Positions 37,844 through 48,400 of a stretch of DNA of 64,000 bases are shown here, piece after piece. Below the pieces are notes generated by a model. It saw only the letters and a program-made list of their open reading frames with translations, did no database searches and had not been told where the DNA came from. A program made the position numbers and the translations under genes. Numbering within the stretch: position 1 is the stretch's first letter; each line of letters opens with the position of its first letter. The stretch comes from a bacterium (GTDB lineage Bacteria > UBA8248), in assembly GCA_965207065.1 (NCBI GenBank), contig OZ242260.1, positions 3,296,001-3,360,000 on the forward strand, written 5' to 3'.

Positions 37844-39058
37844 ATGAATAACCCTCAGAATAAAGAAAAGCCATCCTTTCGAACTTTACCCTGGACCGGG
37901 ACAGGTCTCATTTTCTTCGCGCATTTTGTGGTCGATAGCCAGGCGAATTTTTTTGCGCCCCTTGTGCCATTGTTGAAAGAAAAACTCGGACTCAGTATCA
38001 CTACAATCGGATTTTTAATTTCATGTCAGGCCGTGAGCGGCTCAATCACACAGCCTATTACCGGTATAGTTATCGACAAGTGGCCCTGGTTGCCCTGGCT
38101 TGCCGTAGGTCTAATCGGGAGCTCCGTTGCTTTTACGGCGATCGGATGGGTGACTAGCGTCTATGGCTTGGCCGCCGCAGTAATCATGGGTGGTATTCTT
38201 TTTGGTTTATGCCATCCGGATATGGCCGCGCGTGCGGGCAGGCTGAGTTCCGAGCATGCCGGCTTTATCGTCAGCTTGTTCGTTACAGCGGGGAGGCTGG
38301 GTTTTGCAATTGGCCCGTTGATTGCCATCTTCATCGCGGAAACGATGGGGATGGAACATTTGTGGGTATTCATCCTCGTGGCGGTGCTCGCGATGGCGGG
38401 TGTGAAATTAGGGATGCCGGCTCCACCTCGGAGAAAGAGAAAAGATGAAAAAGCGCTCGAGCGGGAAGGATTGGTCGTTGCGCTTAAGCATGTCCGTGGA
38501 CCCATGCTTCTCCTGTTTGGCATCGCTGCCGTTAGGGGGACGACTTTGGCGAATTTGGGGGGATTTTTGCCTGCGATATTTGTTGATAAGGGTTTAGGGC
38601 TTTGGCGCGGCGGCATGGCCAATACGGTCATATTTTTCTCGGGTGCCATCGGTGTGATGCTCGGGGGTATACTGGGTGACAGGTACGGGAAGCCCAAGGT
38701 GATTGCCATCGGCGTCGGATGCGCCTTGGGCGGTATGGTGGCGTTTCAGTTATCTTCCTTGGAGTGGGCTTATATATCTCTCGCCATCATTGGCGCCGGT
38801 GTATTTGTGCCGATGGGGGTATCCGTTGCCCTGGCGCAAGAATATTTGCCCGAACACCGGGGGTTCGCAAGTTCATTGATATTGGGTGGTGGTTGGATAT
38901 TTGCCGGATTAACGGCGATTCCCCTTTCTTTGCTTGGGGAGAGAATCGGGATGCTGAATGCTTTTTGGACACTTCCAATAGTATTGCTTGTGGGCTTTGT
39001 TTTGGCTGTGTGGTTGCAAAGACGACAACCCGATCCTGATCCCGTTGTCACCGATTGA
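37844..39058 (+). CDS. MFS transporter (Fsr-like)
   Basis: HFVVD, QPITG, HP, GILGDRYG, AQEYLP. Confidence 0.9.
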   Translation: MNNPQNKEKPSFRTLPWTGTGLIFFAHFVVDSQANFFAPLVPLLKEKLGLSITTIGFLISCQAVSGSITQPITGIVIDKWPWLPWLAVGLIGSSVAFTAIGWVTSVYGLAAAVIMGGILFGLCHPDMAARAGRLSSEHAGFIVSLFVTAGRLGFAIGPLIAIFIAETMGMEHLWVFILVAVLAMAGVKLGMPAPPRRKRKDEKALEREGLVVALKHVRGPMLLLFGIAAVRGTTLANLGGFLPAIFVDKGLGLWRGGMANTVIFFSGAIGVMLGGILGDRYGKPKVIAIGVGCALGGMVAFQLSSLEWAYISLAIIGAGVFVPMGVSVALAQEYLPEHRGFASSLILGGGWIFAGLTAIPLSLLGERIGMLNAFWTLPIVLLVGFVLAVWLQRRQPDPDPVVTD

Positions 39059-39271
39059 TGGGAGCATGGGTAATTTTCTGAGTCCGATAATGACCGGCGA
39101 ATTTCAAACACAAGGAGTGGGATGCAAAGGTATTTCCAAGTGTGATAATGTTTTCTGATAACAGCGAAAGTATATAGATTTTTGGTTTTGGATTTGTTCC
39201 CATATTGCGGGTTTGCCGCTTTATCATCTGAAAATGCCTTCGGGCTCATGAATCTCAAGGAGGATTATGTA

Positions 39272-40267
39272 ATGAATCGCAGAGGCATGTTTCTTGTCGT
39301 CGCTATGGCCGTGGCAGGAGTTCTGTTGAGTGCATTTTCTGCCAGTGCGGCACCGTTCCGCATCGGCCACCATCGCTCTGTTATGGGAGCGGTCACCATC
39401 GTTGCTCATAAGATGGGCTATTATAATCAGACTATCGGCAAGGGAAAATACACCATTAAACAATTCGCTCAGGGGAAGTTGATGCGCCAGGCGATTTTGT
39501 CGAATTCACTGGATGTCGGCGGCGCCGCCGATCGTGCCTTTTATTCGGCGATATCAAAGAAAGCGAATGCACCTGGAATCGGAAATGCAAATTATTGGTG
39601 CAAGGCAAACAAGATTCTCACATCTCCAAAATCACCTGTGAAAACCTTGCATGACTTGAAGGGCAAAAGACTTGGCGTAGGTAAAGCTACTGGTACATAT
39701 TTCACGCTGACAACCTTCATTCTGCCGGAATATGGTTTAAGCGTGAATGACTTCACGACCGTGAACATGAACAATGATACCCGCATGGCGGCGCTTAAAT
39801 CCCGGACGGTGGATATGATAGCTTTGAACAACCCGCAAGCTGCCATAGCCATCGATAGGGGATATGCCCGCACAGTGGAAACTTTTTGTAAATATGCAAA
39901 CAACCTGTGGATAATCATGGCCAATGGAAAAACCCTCAAAAAAGGCAGAGATGTATATACGCAATTCTTGAGAGGATTCATTCGTGGCATGAAATTGCAC
40001 AGAGACAATCGCGATAAGTTTGCGCGTGTATACCTGAACCACTTGCAATCGAAAGGCTCAAAAATAAAGCTTAAAATAGTAAAAGCCTCTGTGAACGATC
40101 TGACTTTTGGCCTTCTCCCATCAGAGGCGGATTACAAATGGTTTGATCACATGGGCAAAGTTCTTCTGAAAAAACGTAAAGCGAAGAGAACAGTGGATCT
40201 TCGCAAGGAAGGCATGGATTTGAGCATGGTGAAAGAGGCCATGGCAGCAGAGGGTTGGAAAAACTAA
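39272..40267 (+). CDS. ABC transporter substrate-binding protein (SsuA/TauA/NitT family)
   Basis: Signal peptide, SPVKTLHDLKGKRLGV.K.T; AAGGAGG RBS. Confidence 0.85.
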   Translation: MNRRGMFLVVAMAVAGVLLSAFSASAAPFRIGHHRSVMGAVTIVAHKMGYYNQTIGKGKYTIKQFAQGKLMRQAILSNSLDVGGAADRAFYSAISKKANAPGIGNANYWCKANKILTSPKSPVKTLHDLKGKRLGVGKATGTYFTLTTFILPEYGLSVNDFTTVNMNNDTRMAALKSRTVDMIALNNPQAAIAIDRGYARTVETFCKYANNLWIIMANGKTLKKGRDVYTQFLRGFIRGMKLHRDNRDKFARVYLNHLQSKGSKIKLKIVKASVNDLTFGLLPSEADYKWFDHMGKVLLKKRKAKRTVDLRKEGMDLSMVKEAMAAEGWKN

Positions 40268-40287
40268 GTCTTTTGATTAGAAAGCAT

Positions 40288-40321
40288 AAAGAGCCGCGGC
40301 CAGCATCGGCCGCGGCTCTTT
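40288..40321. terminator. Bidirectional terminator
   Basis: AAAGAGCCGCGGCC/GGCCGCGGCTCTTT perfect 14-bp stem between convergent genes. Confidence 0.85.
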
Positions 40322-40389
40322 CTTTCTCTCGACTAGAAGTCAGCCCTGCACCCTTTCAATGCGCCCATCGGCAGGTGCAGAGTCTATAC

Positions 40390-41046
40390 TCACGGTTGTT
40401 TTACGACCCGGATATAAGGCAGGGGTGACTCCCATCCTTCCGGGTATTTCTTCTTGGCATCCTCATCGGATACGGCCGGCAAAATGATCACGTCTCCACC
40501 TTGCTGCCAGTTTGCCGGAGTTGCCACCTGTTCACTGCTCGTCAACTGGCAGGAGTCCAGTAGTCTCAGGATTTCGCTGAAATTCCGGCCAGTGCTCATC
40601 GGATAGGTGAGTGTTGCCTTGATTTTCTTGTCCGGGCCGATAACGAACACCGAGCGGGCCGTCGCATTATCAGCGGCCGTCCGGCCTTCGGATGAGTCGC
40701 CCGAATCAGCCGGCAGCATGTCATAGGCTTTGACTACTTTAAGTCCAGGGTCGCCAATCAAGGGATAATTCACGGCATGGCCCTGTGAACTTTCGATGTC
40801 TTCCGACCATTTTTCATGATCGGAAACCCCGTCGACGCTGATGCCGATCACCTTGCAGTTTCTTTTGTCGAATTCGGATTTAAGTCCGGCCATGGTTCCG
40901 AGCTCAGTGGTGCAGACTGGAGTAAAGTCCTTTGGATGTGAAAACATTATAGCCCAACCCTCGCCAATCCATTCATGAAAATTGATGGGGCCTTGGGTTG
41001 TGTCTGCAGAAAAATCCGGAGCTTCATTATTGATTCTTAAAGCCAT
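40390..41046 (-). CDS. 1-Cys peroxiredoxin (Prx6)
   Basis: FSHPKDFTPVCTTE, YPMSTGRNF, ATPANW; start MALRI behind AAGGAG. Confidence 0.96.
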   Translation of the reverse strand: MALRINNEAPDFSADTTQGPINFHEWIGEGWAIMFSHPKDFTPVCTTELGTMAGLKSEFDKRNCKVIGISVDGVSDHEKWSEDIESSQGHAVNYPLIGDPGLKVVKAYDMLPADSGDSSEGRTAADNATARSVFVIGPDKKIKATLTYPMSTGRNFSEILRLLDSCQLTSSEQVATPANWQQGGDVIILPAVSDEDAKKKYPEGWESPLPYIRVVKQP

Positions 41047-41121
41047 TGTCCTCTCCTTGCATAAAGAATTAGAGAAAACTACGAATTCCCGTGTGCTGGA
41101 TGTGAAAACGAAAGAACTAAG

Positions 41122-41195
41122 TGGCTGGGGGAGGAGGATTCGAACCTCCGTACCCAGATCCAGAGTCTGGTGTCCTGCCGCTAGACGATCCCCCA
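41122..41195 (-). tRNA. tRNA-Gln (anticodon CTG)
   Basis: TGGGGGATCGTCTAGCGGCAGGACACCAGACTCTGGATCTGGGTACGGAGGTTCGAATCCTCCTCCCCCAGCCA: cloverleaf, T-loop GTTCGAA, CCA end. Confidence 0.96.
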
Positions 41196-41252
41196 AAAAG
41201 ACCTAGATGTTTATATGTATGAGTTCTTTATTCGTCAAGGACGATACCGGAA

Positions 41253-42665
41253 TCACGATTCATCGATTTTGGCCAATGCAGTGTTGAGTCGAAGGATAGT
41301 TCTGTCTTTCCCGAGAAGGCTGATCGTTTCAAAAATACCCGGACTGATGGTCCCACCCGTAATGGCGACGCGCACCGGTTGAGCCAGTTTGCCGAGCTTT
41401 ATTGTCTCTTCTTCCATAACTAGATGGAAAACTGATTTGACGTTTTCAGTTGAAAATGTCTCGATTTTGGTTAATTCATCCCGCAACTTCATTATCAAAC
41501 CCGAGTTTTCTGGATTTAAGAATTTTGAAGCGGCCTTCTCGTCAAACTCGATTTCATTTTCAAAGAAAAAACGAGCACCATCAATCATATCCGATATAGT
41601 TCTCGAGCGTGTTCTGAGCTCATTCACAATTCCCTTGCGTGTTCCGTGCGTCAGTAAATCTGGTAATAAGCCTCGCTCTTTAAGGCCTGTATCGAGCGAT
41701 TCGACAAGAAAATCGCCATCGGCCGATTTGATGTATTCCTGATTCAACCACAATAATTTCTCGGGATTAAAGATTGCGGCGGATCTGTTTAAATGTTCCA
41801 AAGAAAAGTTTTCGACGATCTCTTTTTTGGTGAAAATCTCCTGATCTCCATGACTCCAGCCGAGCCGAACGAGATAGTTGATCAGCGCTTCAGGGAGAAA
41901 CCCCCGGTCTCTATATTCCAGTACCGAATCTGCACCATGGCGCTTAGATAGTCTTTTTTTATCAGGTCCCAATATCATCGATATGTGTGCGAAATTTGGC
42001 GTAGGTTCTTCCAGGGCTTTATAGACCAGGACTTGTTTTGGGGTATTGGATAGGTGATCGTTGCCACGTATCACGTGAGTGATCTTCATATCGATGTCAT
42101 CGATGGCCACGCAGAAATTGTATGTTGGCGTCCCGTCGGTGCGAACAATAACCATATCGTCGAGTTGTGAGTTCTCGAACACTACCTCCCCGGCGAGGAT
42201 GTCGTCGACTATCGTTTCCCCGGCATCGGGCGTACGGAGTCGAAGACAAAATGGGACATTCGGGTCTTTGTCGTATCGACCTCGACATGTGCCGTCGTAT
42301 TTCGGAGTTTTACCCTCGGCGCGAGCTTTTTCACGCATGGCGTTCACTTGGTCTGGCGTGCATGTACACCGATAGGCGGCGCCGGACGACAGGAGTTTGT
42401 TGACTGATTCCTTATAAATATCCATCCGTTGAGATTGACGATATGGACCTTCGTCCCACTCGAGACCCAGCCAGTCGAATGCCTCCATGATTGCGTCGTA
42501 GTATTCTTCCGTAGATCGTTGGCGGTCGGTATCTTCGATTCTCAAAATAGCTGTTCCTGCATGATGTTTCGCAAAAAACCAATTGAACAATGCGGTGCGC
42601 GCACCGCCGATATGGAGGTGGCCCGTGTTGGATGGAGCAAATCGAACTCGGATATCTGAATGCAT
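41253..42665 (-). CDS. gltX: Glutamate--tRNA ligase
   Basis: RFAPS.TG.LHIGG, LRIEDTD, ITHVIRG.DH, LSKRHG. Confidence 0.97.
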   Translation of the reverse strand: MHSDIRVRFAPSNTGHLHIGGARTALFNWFFAKHHAGTAILRIEDTDRQRSTEEYYDAIMEAFDWLGLEWDEGPYRQSQRMDIYKESVNKLLSSGAAYRCTCTPDQVNAMREKARAEGKTPKYDGTCRGRYDKDPNVPFCLRLRTPDAGETIVDDILAGEVVFENSQLDDMVIVRTDGTPTYNFCVAIDDIDMKITHVIRGNDHLSNTPKQVLVYKALEEPTPNFAHISMILGPDKKRLSKRHGADSVLEYRDRGFLPEALINYLVRLGWSHGDQEIFTKKEIVENFSLEHLNRSAAIFNPEKLLWLNQEYIKSADGDFLVESLDTGLKERGLLPDLLTHGTRKGIVNELRTRSRTISDMIDGARFFFENEIEFDEKAASKFLNPENSGLIMKLRDELTKIETFSTENVKSVFHLVMEEETIKLGKLAQPVRVAITGGTISPGIFETISLLGKDRTILRLNTALAKIDES

Positions 42666-42836
42666 AAATTAATTATCCTCAATTAAACTGCGGAGGTTTC
42701 GAGACAGCAGGTGTGGATTCTAGGGATGATGAGTGGGTGATTGCAAGGAGGGTCTTGCGATGACCTTGCGTTTGGGGCTCTAAAAGTCAACAATCGGAAA
42801 ATCAATTCGAAACGAAAACCAAGGAGGAGTGGGCGG

Positions 42837-43166
42837 ATGCAGTATTTCTATGATCTGGCGGAAATTGAACCCCAAAAGATGCCGGGCAGGGAGCGTAGGC
42901 TAGTTGTCGGTGAACAGGTCATGATGTTGTATATCGAAAGAGAAGGCGGAACGGAGCAGAACCATACTCATGATGTAGAGCAGCTTGTATATCTCATGAA
43001 AGGCGAAGCTACATTTACAGTCGCCGGTGAAACGCGCAAGGTCAAAGCGGGTCAGGTGGTTCACATACCGAAAGGGGTGCCGCATCAGCTGGATGCGCCG
43101 ACACCCATTACATATATCGGTATATATTCTCCTTTGCGTGAGGAAGCGATTCGAGCAGATGCGTGA
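42837..43166 (+). CDS. Cupin domain protein
   Basis: HTH..EQ.VY..G and GQVVHIP.GVPH; AGGAGG RBS. Confidence 0.9.
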   Translation: MQYFYDLAEIEPQKMPGRERRLVVGEQVMMLYIEREGGTEQNHTHDVEQLVYLMKGEATFTVAGETRKVKAGQVVHIPKGVPHQLDAPTPITYIGIYSPLREEAIRADA

Positions 43167-43187
43167 GTGTTGCCAATAAAAGTCTTG

Positions 43188-43583
43188 TTAGTCGGGATAT
43201 TTCCAGCCCTCTTCTTTGAGTTCATCCATTGCTTCAAGCATGCAGGTGACCCCATAGGTGAGCACCTTGGAGCCTGCAGGGTTTACACATACCATGAGCG
43301 CTTCTGCAATTTCTTCTGGATGCAAACCTAGCTTGAGCCCTTTTTTCAGATGTTGTTTGAGGTGAGGCTGGTTATGTGGGTTAGAACCCTCAACGGCGAG
43401 GGCTAATATATGAAAGAGTTCATGCATTGTTTCATCGAATCTTCTCTCTTTCGCACGAATGATCTCATCGAGATGTAAAAGCGCTTCCATGTAGTCGGGA
43501 AATTTTTCGGCAATGAATTCATGGGCCGGGTATCTGCGTCCTCTGCGTTCGGCGATTTCTTCCGCTAAATTTTTTTCTGGCAT
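43188..43583 (-). CDS. Carboxymuconolactone decarboxylase/AhpD-like protein
   Basis: HEL...LA...H...GL.PEEIAEAL pattern. Confidence 0.7.
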   Translation of the reverse strand: MPEKNLAEEIAERRGRRYPAHEFIAEKFPDYMEALLHLDEIIRAKERRFDETMHELFHILALAVEGSNPHNQPHLKQHLKKGLKLGLHPEEIAEALMVCVNPAGSKVLTYGVTCMLEAMDELKEEGWKYPD

Positions 43584-43604
43584 TGTGAACCTCACTCTAA
43601 GGAA

Positions 43605-43970
43605 TCATTCGATTTCGTCAAAAAAATCAAGATCGTCCAATGGTTTCTTCCGGCCTTGCAGCGTGTCGAGCAGTACATTCCTGAGAGCGCGAATGGCGCG
43701 ATTCCTGGCTTGGCGGTCAATCATTTCGTAGACGATTTCGGTAGCTTCGTCATTTTGGGAGTCTAAAATTCTACGAGAAGATTGCTCCGCCCATTCGTCA
43801 GCGTACCTCTGGAGAACCTGGCGTAAACTGGCCTCGTAAATTCTGTTTTGTGTTATGCGGTCAAGAATGTGAACGATATCCGACGTGAAGGCATCGACGG
43901 TTTCTCTCGAAACATCGACTTCTCCAAGATGAAACATTAGTCTTTGGTAAATCTGTTCACGAAAATCCAA
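43605..43970 (-). CDS. Hypothetical protein
   Basis: 121-aa ORF, TTG start with GGAG RBS, co-oriented with its neighbours; no motif recognised. Confidence 0.6.
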   Translation of the reverse strand: MDFREQIYQRLMFHLGEVDVSRETVDAFTSDIVHILDRITQNRIYEASLRQVLQRYADEWAEQSSRRILDSQNDEATEIVYEMIDRQARNRAIRALRNVLLDTLQGRKKPLDDLDFFDEIE

Positions 43971-44043
43971 GTCTACTCCGAGATATGGCCGCAGGAGACG
44001 AAACTATCAAATTGTTGTGCTTTTGCGAAAGTAGGCGAACACA

Positions 44044-45339
44044 TCATTTCCTCTGGCTATGCAGAGTCGACTTCCTGGTTTCCGGCGTTAGCCATAGCAA
44101 GGCGCCACCTACAAGGAAAAAGACGAGCACGGATAATATTGCTGTTCTTTGCTCTCCAGTTAGGGCGGAAACACCGCCGAAAACAAGTGGACCGAGAACT
44201 GAACTCATTTTGCCGCAAATACCATAAAACGAAAATGATTGTGCGGATCTTTTCTCAGGAATGTAGCTGGCCATCAGTGCGCGGCTTGCGGATTGGCTGG
44301 AACCGAGGGAAAGCCCCGCCAGTAACGAGACGCCCAGAAAGACATATTTCGTTTCAGTGAAATAGGCCACGATGACGACAATACACCAATTCACCAGAGT
44401 CAGAAGAATCGTTTTTCGCGGTCCCCAGGCATCCGTTAAATATCCGAGCGTAAACGCGCCGATGCCGGCCGAGACTTGGACCATAATGAATAAGCTTAAC
44501 ACTTCGCCCATACTGAACTTCAGTGTTGAGACTGCATAGATCGAACTGAAAGAGATGACGGTGACAATTCCGTCGTTATAGAGGAAAAAGGCAATCAGGA
44601 ATCTGAGTGCGCCTGGAGTCTTTCTCGTGTCCCGCAGTGTTTTCAATAATTCTGCGAAAGCGCCTTTTTCGCTTTCTTTGGCGGAATTCATTTTGGCCTC
44701 GTGAAGCCAAAAAATTAAAGGGAGTGTAAACAGGCCATAAAACCCAGCGACCGCAACGAAGCTCATGCGGAACAAGGGAAGATTTTCCGGTGAGAAGCCT
44801 CCGGCCAACAAAGGTTTGACTAAAAAAAGACAAAGTAGTCCACCCAAATATCCAAGCCCCCAGCCCCATCCGCTCACTTTCCCGATGGTTTTAGGTGTAG
44901 AGACGTCAGGCAAAAAAGAGTTGTAGAAGATGAGAGAACTCTCGAATGCAGCGGTGGCGATAATGAATAGCGCCATGCCAGTGAAGATCATGCCGGCGGT
45001 TACATTCCCCAAAAGAGCGGTGGCCATAACGCAAATATAGGCGAAAAGAATCAAGAAGCGTTTCCGGGCGCTTTGCCTGTCAGCGATTGCACTTAAAGGT
45101 GGGGTGATGGTCACGCTTACAATCATGGCTATGGAGAGAGATACTCCCCACAGGAAGTCTCCACTCCCACCACCGCCCGCTACGATTTGCTTGAAATAGA
45201 CGCTATACGCAACAGTTACGATTAAAGTTGGAAAGGCAGAGTTTGCGAAGTCGTACATGCACCAGGAGAAAATTTCTCGTCCTTGGCTTGATTTCAGTCG
45301 GTAGGGGTTTTTGTCAGGTCCATCGGAATTTTTCTTCAT
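44044..45339 (-). CDS. MFS transporter (UMF1/ATG22-like)
   Basis: SWCMYDFANS, FYNSFLP, SGWGWGLGY.GG, YNDG, QSASR. Confidence 0.92.
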   Translation of the reverse strand: MKKNSDGPDKNPYRLKSSQGREIFSWCMYDFANSAFPTLIVTVAYSVYFKQIVAGGGGSGDFLWGVSLSIAMIVSVTITPPLSAIADRQSARKRFLILFAYICVMATALLGNVTAGMIFTGMALFIIATAAFESSLIFYNSFLPDVSTPKTIGKVSGWGWGLGYLGGLLCLFLVKPLLAGGFSPENLPLFRMSFVAVAGFYGLFTLPLIFWLHEAKMNSAKESEKGAFAELLKTLRDTRKTPGALRFLIAFFLYNDGIVTVISFSSIYAVSTLKFSMGEVLSLFIMVQVSAGIGAFTLGYLTDAWGPRKTILLTLVNWCIVVIVAYFTETKYVFLGVSLLAGLSLGSSQSASRALMASYIPEKRSAQSFSFYGICGKMSSVLGPLVFGGVSALTGEQRTAILSVLVFFLVGGALLWLTPETRKSTLHSQRK

Positions 45340-45499
45340 ATAGGTGCTTTATCGGTATGGGGAAAGGTTCTATCGAAAAAATCACAGGAGAAACAAAATA
45401 TTTATATTCCTCTAATGTTATATTATCAGGGAGTGGAGTGAAATCTAAATTATTCTTTGAGCCACGAGCCGCCTTCGATTTTTCCTATAAGAGTTCCGT

Positions 45500-48400
45500 A
45501 TGTATCGATTCCTAAAATGGGCAGTCTGGTGTGCTGGCTTATTTTTCGTTTTCGTCATTGTTGTGATCATAGCTGTGCAAATATTTCTTTCCTCCGATGA
45601 AATAATCAGAATCGCGGAGAGGGAAGGACAAAAAATCCTAGGAAGAAAAGTATCCATCGAGCGGCTGAATGTGGGATTGTTCAAGATCGAAGCGAGTGGA
45701 ATCGTCATCGACGGGCAAACAAAAAAAAGCGGGGTTAAGGGAAATGCCCCATTTGTTCGATTCGACGATGTTGAAATACTACTAAATCCATCGACCCTGA
45801 TATACAAGCGTATCAGCATTCTCCAATTTACTATCAAAAGCGCCTCCGCCCGCGTGCATCGGGATGCGCACGGCAGGTTCAATTTCCAAGACATCATCGA
45901 CAACCTGAACCAGGGAACCAGCAAAGCGGCTTCGGCGCGTGGGGGAAATACGTTTTCATTCATAAAGTCCGCCGAGGCGGCGGAGAGCGTCTCGCAAGGT
46001 TCTGAATCAGAATTCAGTTTTATCATTCACGAACTCGACCTTTATGACGTAAAAGCCGAATTGCGATTCGATACCGGTGACGCCACGCTGGCTATCGATG
46101 GTTCATGTTCTTTTGCTCACATTGAAGTCGACAAAATAACGTCTGGTAAGCCCCTGGACGTTTTTCTCGACGGAAAATGCCGGAGGCCGGACGGACAACA
46201 ACTCATCGAATTGAAAGGCAATGCGCGTGTTGACATGAAAGGCCCGAGTTATCGAGCATCGTTCGAGGTGCCCCTGCTTGATTCGTCTGTCCTGCCTGTG
46301 GTGGCGCCGACAATCCCTGGTTATCGATTCAGGCAAGGAATTTTCTCTGGAAAATTGAAGTTCGATTATGTCGCCGACAAACCTGTTGCCTGGGATATCG
46401 ATTTGAATGGCCAAAATATATTCGCGGATTATCAATTATATCAACGAGTAAATCTGCGAAAGTTGGCGTTGCCCAAGTTGAAGTTGAAGACTAAGGGCCG
46501 ATTCAATCCGCTCGATGGCTCCGCTCGGATCGAAACTTTCTTTTTCGAAACGACTTTTTTGGATTCGAAACTGACAAAACCTTTCCTTTGGAACGTCTCG
46601 GCGCGAGATGAAGTTCATGCGGAAGTGAACATCCGCGATATGAGAGAGGTGGGCAGCTGGATTTCCCAAATCATGGACATTCCTCTTCCAAGTCTAAAAG
46701 AGAGCGCGACGGCTCAAATTCTGGTATCGGCGAAGCGGGACCGCAGGATTTCGGACGATTTCTCCCGAATAGAGTTGGACTCTCGTTTCGATCCGGTTGA
46801 CTTGGCCCAGTTTAGTGGATTCTTCCCCTCCGTTGAAAACGTCGAGAGACCCAAAGGAATTGTGGGCGGAAAAGCGCGCGTGGTTTTTGTCTATGGCGAG
46901 CGGGTTCAGTGGGATGTGGCTTTGGAAACCAGGGACTTCGGCGCGAGCGTAAGAGTGAACAAGGGAAAGCAATGGGAGACCCTAGAACTGGGCAGCGGCA
47001 TTCTTCATACGAGAGGAAAATTCGACATGAAGAATGGTTCCGCGGATGTCAACGCTCTGGAAATCAAGTTGCCATTCGCCACGGCGAAACTCGAAAGGCC
47101 AGCGAAATGGAACGTAGATGGCAATGATGAAGCCGCATTTTCTATAGATGTGCGTGATTTCTCATCCGCGAGTGTTCTGCTGGAGCAACTAGGGCTGGTA
47201 TCGCTGGAAGGTATTCCGAGAGATGCCAAAATCCGTTTTCACACAGCCGTGTCGAGAAACCGGACTATTCCCTCGGCCTTCAGGGTAGATACGAAGGCGC
47301 GATTTGAATCTTTGCCGGCCGCGCCACTCTTTGATTTGGTCCCCTTGCCCGGCTATGTGCAACATGCCACCGGCTGGTTGAGCGGTGAGTTGCAGGTGGC
47401 CTCAACTCCGGAGGGCGCTCTTAGGTGGGAAGCGGATATCGTCGGAAAGAAACTCCGTGCGAGAACCAGGATAATTGCCAAGGAACAATGGCAAGATGTA
47501 GCACTGGAATCTTTGCGAATTCAATCGAGCGGTTCTTATCTCGCCTCAGAAGATTCTTCTGAAATACAAACTCTGGATTTGAAGCTTCCCTTTGCGAGAG
47601 TGTATCTGGACCGCGTGGCTATGTGGAATCAAAGAAGTCAGGATAAATTTTCGTTGACGCTCGATGTCACGGATTTGAGTGCTGCAAAAGTATGGTTGGG
47701 TGAGTTGATAGAGCGTCCCATTAAAGCAGGACCAAAGAATAAAAAATTGAAAATTTCGTTATCGGGGACGAGAAACAGAAAAGATGGACCTGGGTTTTCC
47801 TTTAACGGATCCGCGTCCTTCGATCCTGTTCAAGTGTCTCCCTGGATGCCATTCGTGAGCCTCCCAACTGCTTTTCGTAATCCGACCGGAGAGATTGCCG
47901 GGAAAATTGGGTTTTCATACATTCCCGAGAAAAAGGCAAATTGGAATCTCGTCCTTACCAGCGAAGATATGAGAGGGGAATTCCTTGCGCTGATGAGCCG
48001 CAATTGGAGGCCGCTTCGCACGGGCAAGTTCCGCGTGGAGACTGTGGGTTCTTATGACTTTCGTAATCAAACCGGGACGCTTCACAATCTGAACCTGAAC
48101 ATGCCTTTCGGACATGTTCAGACATCCAGGCCTGCCATTTGGAGCACGAACGGATTCCATTCGGGCCGATTCCAATGGACGTTATCGAGCCTAGGTGGCG
48201 CGGCCCGGTTCGCCGGAAATATTTTGGGAGCTCCGATTTCGAAGTTTTCGATGATCGGCTCCGCCAATGGTTCTATGGAAATTTCGAGAGGCGGAAAGAA
48301 AACGCAATCAACTTCCACTAAATGGTCATTTTCGGCGAATCTCTCATCGCTTGCGCATTTTGCTTACCCGAATTTGAATGTAGCGGGAAGTTTTTCGGGG

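Noticed and set aside
41122-41195. tRNA-Gln as an island integration site
   Set aside because: No integrase nearby and I saw no duplicate of the tRNA 3' end in the window.
41047-41196. N-terminal extension of the peroxiredoxin in the ORF track
   Set aside because: It overlaps tRNA-Gln; the RBS-supported start is at 41046.
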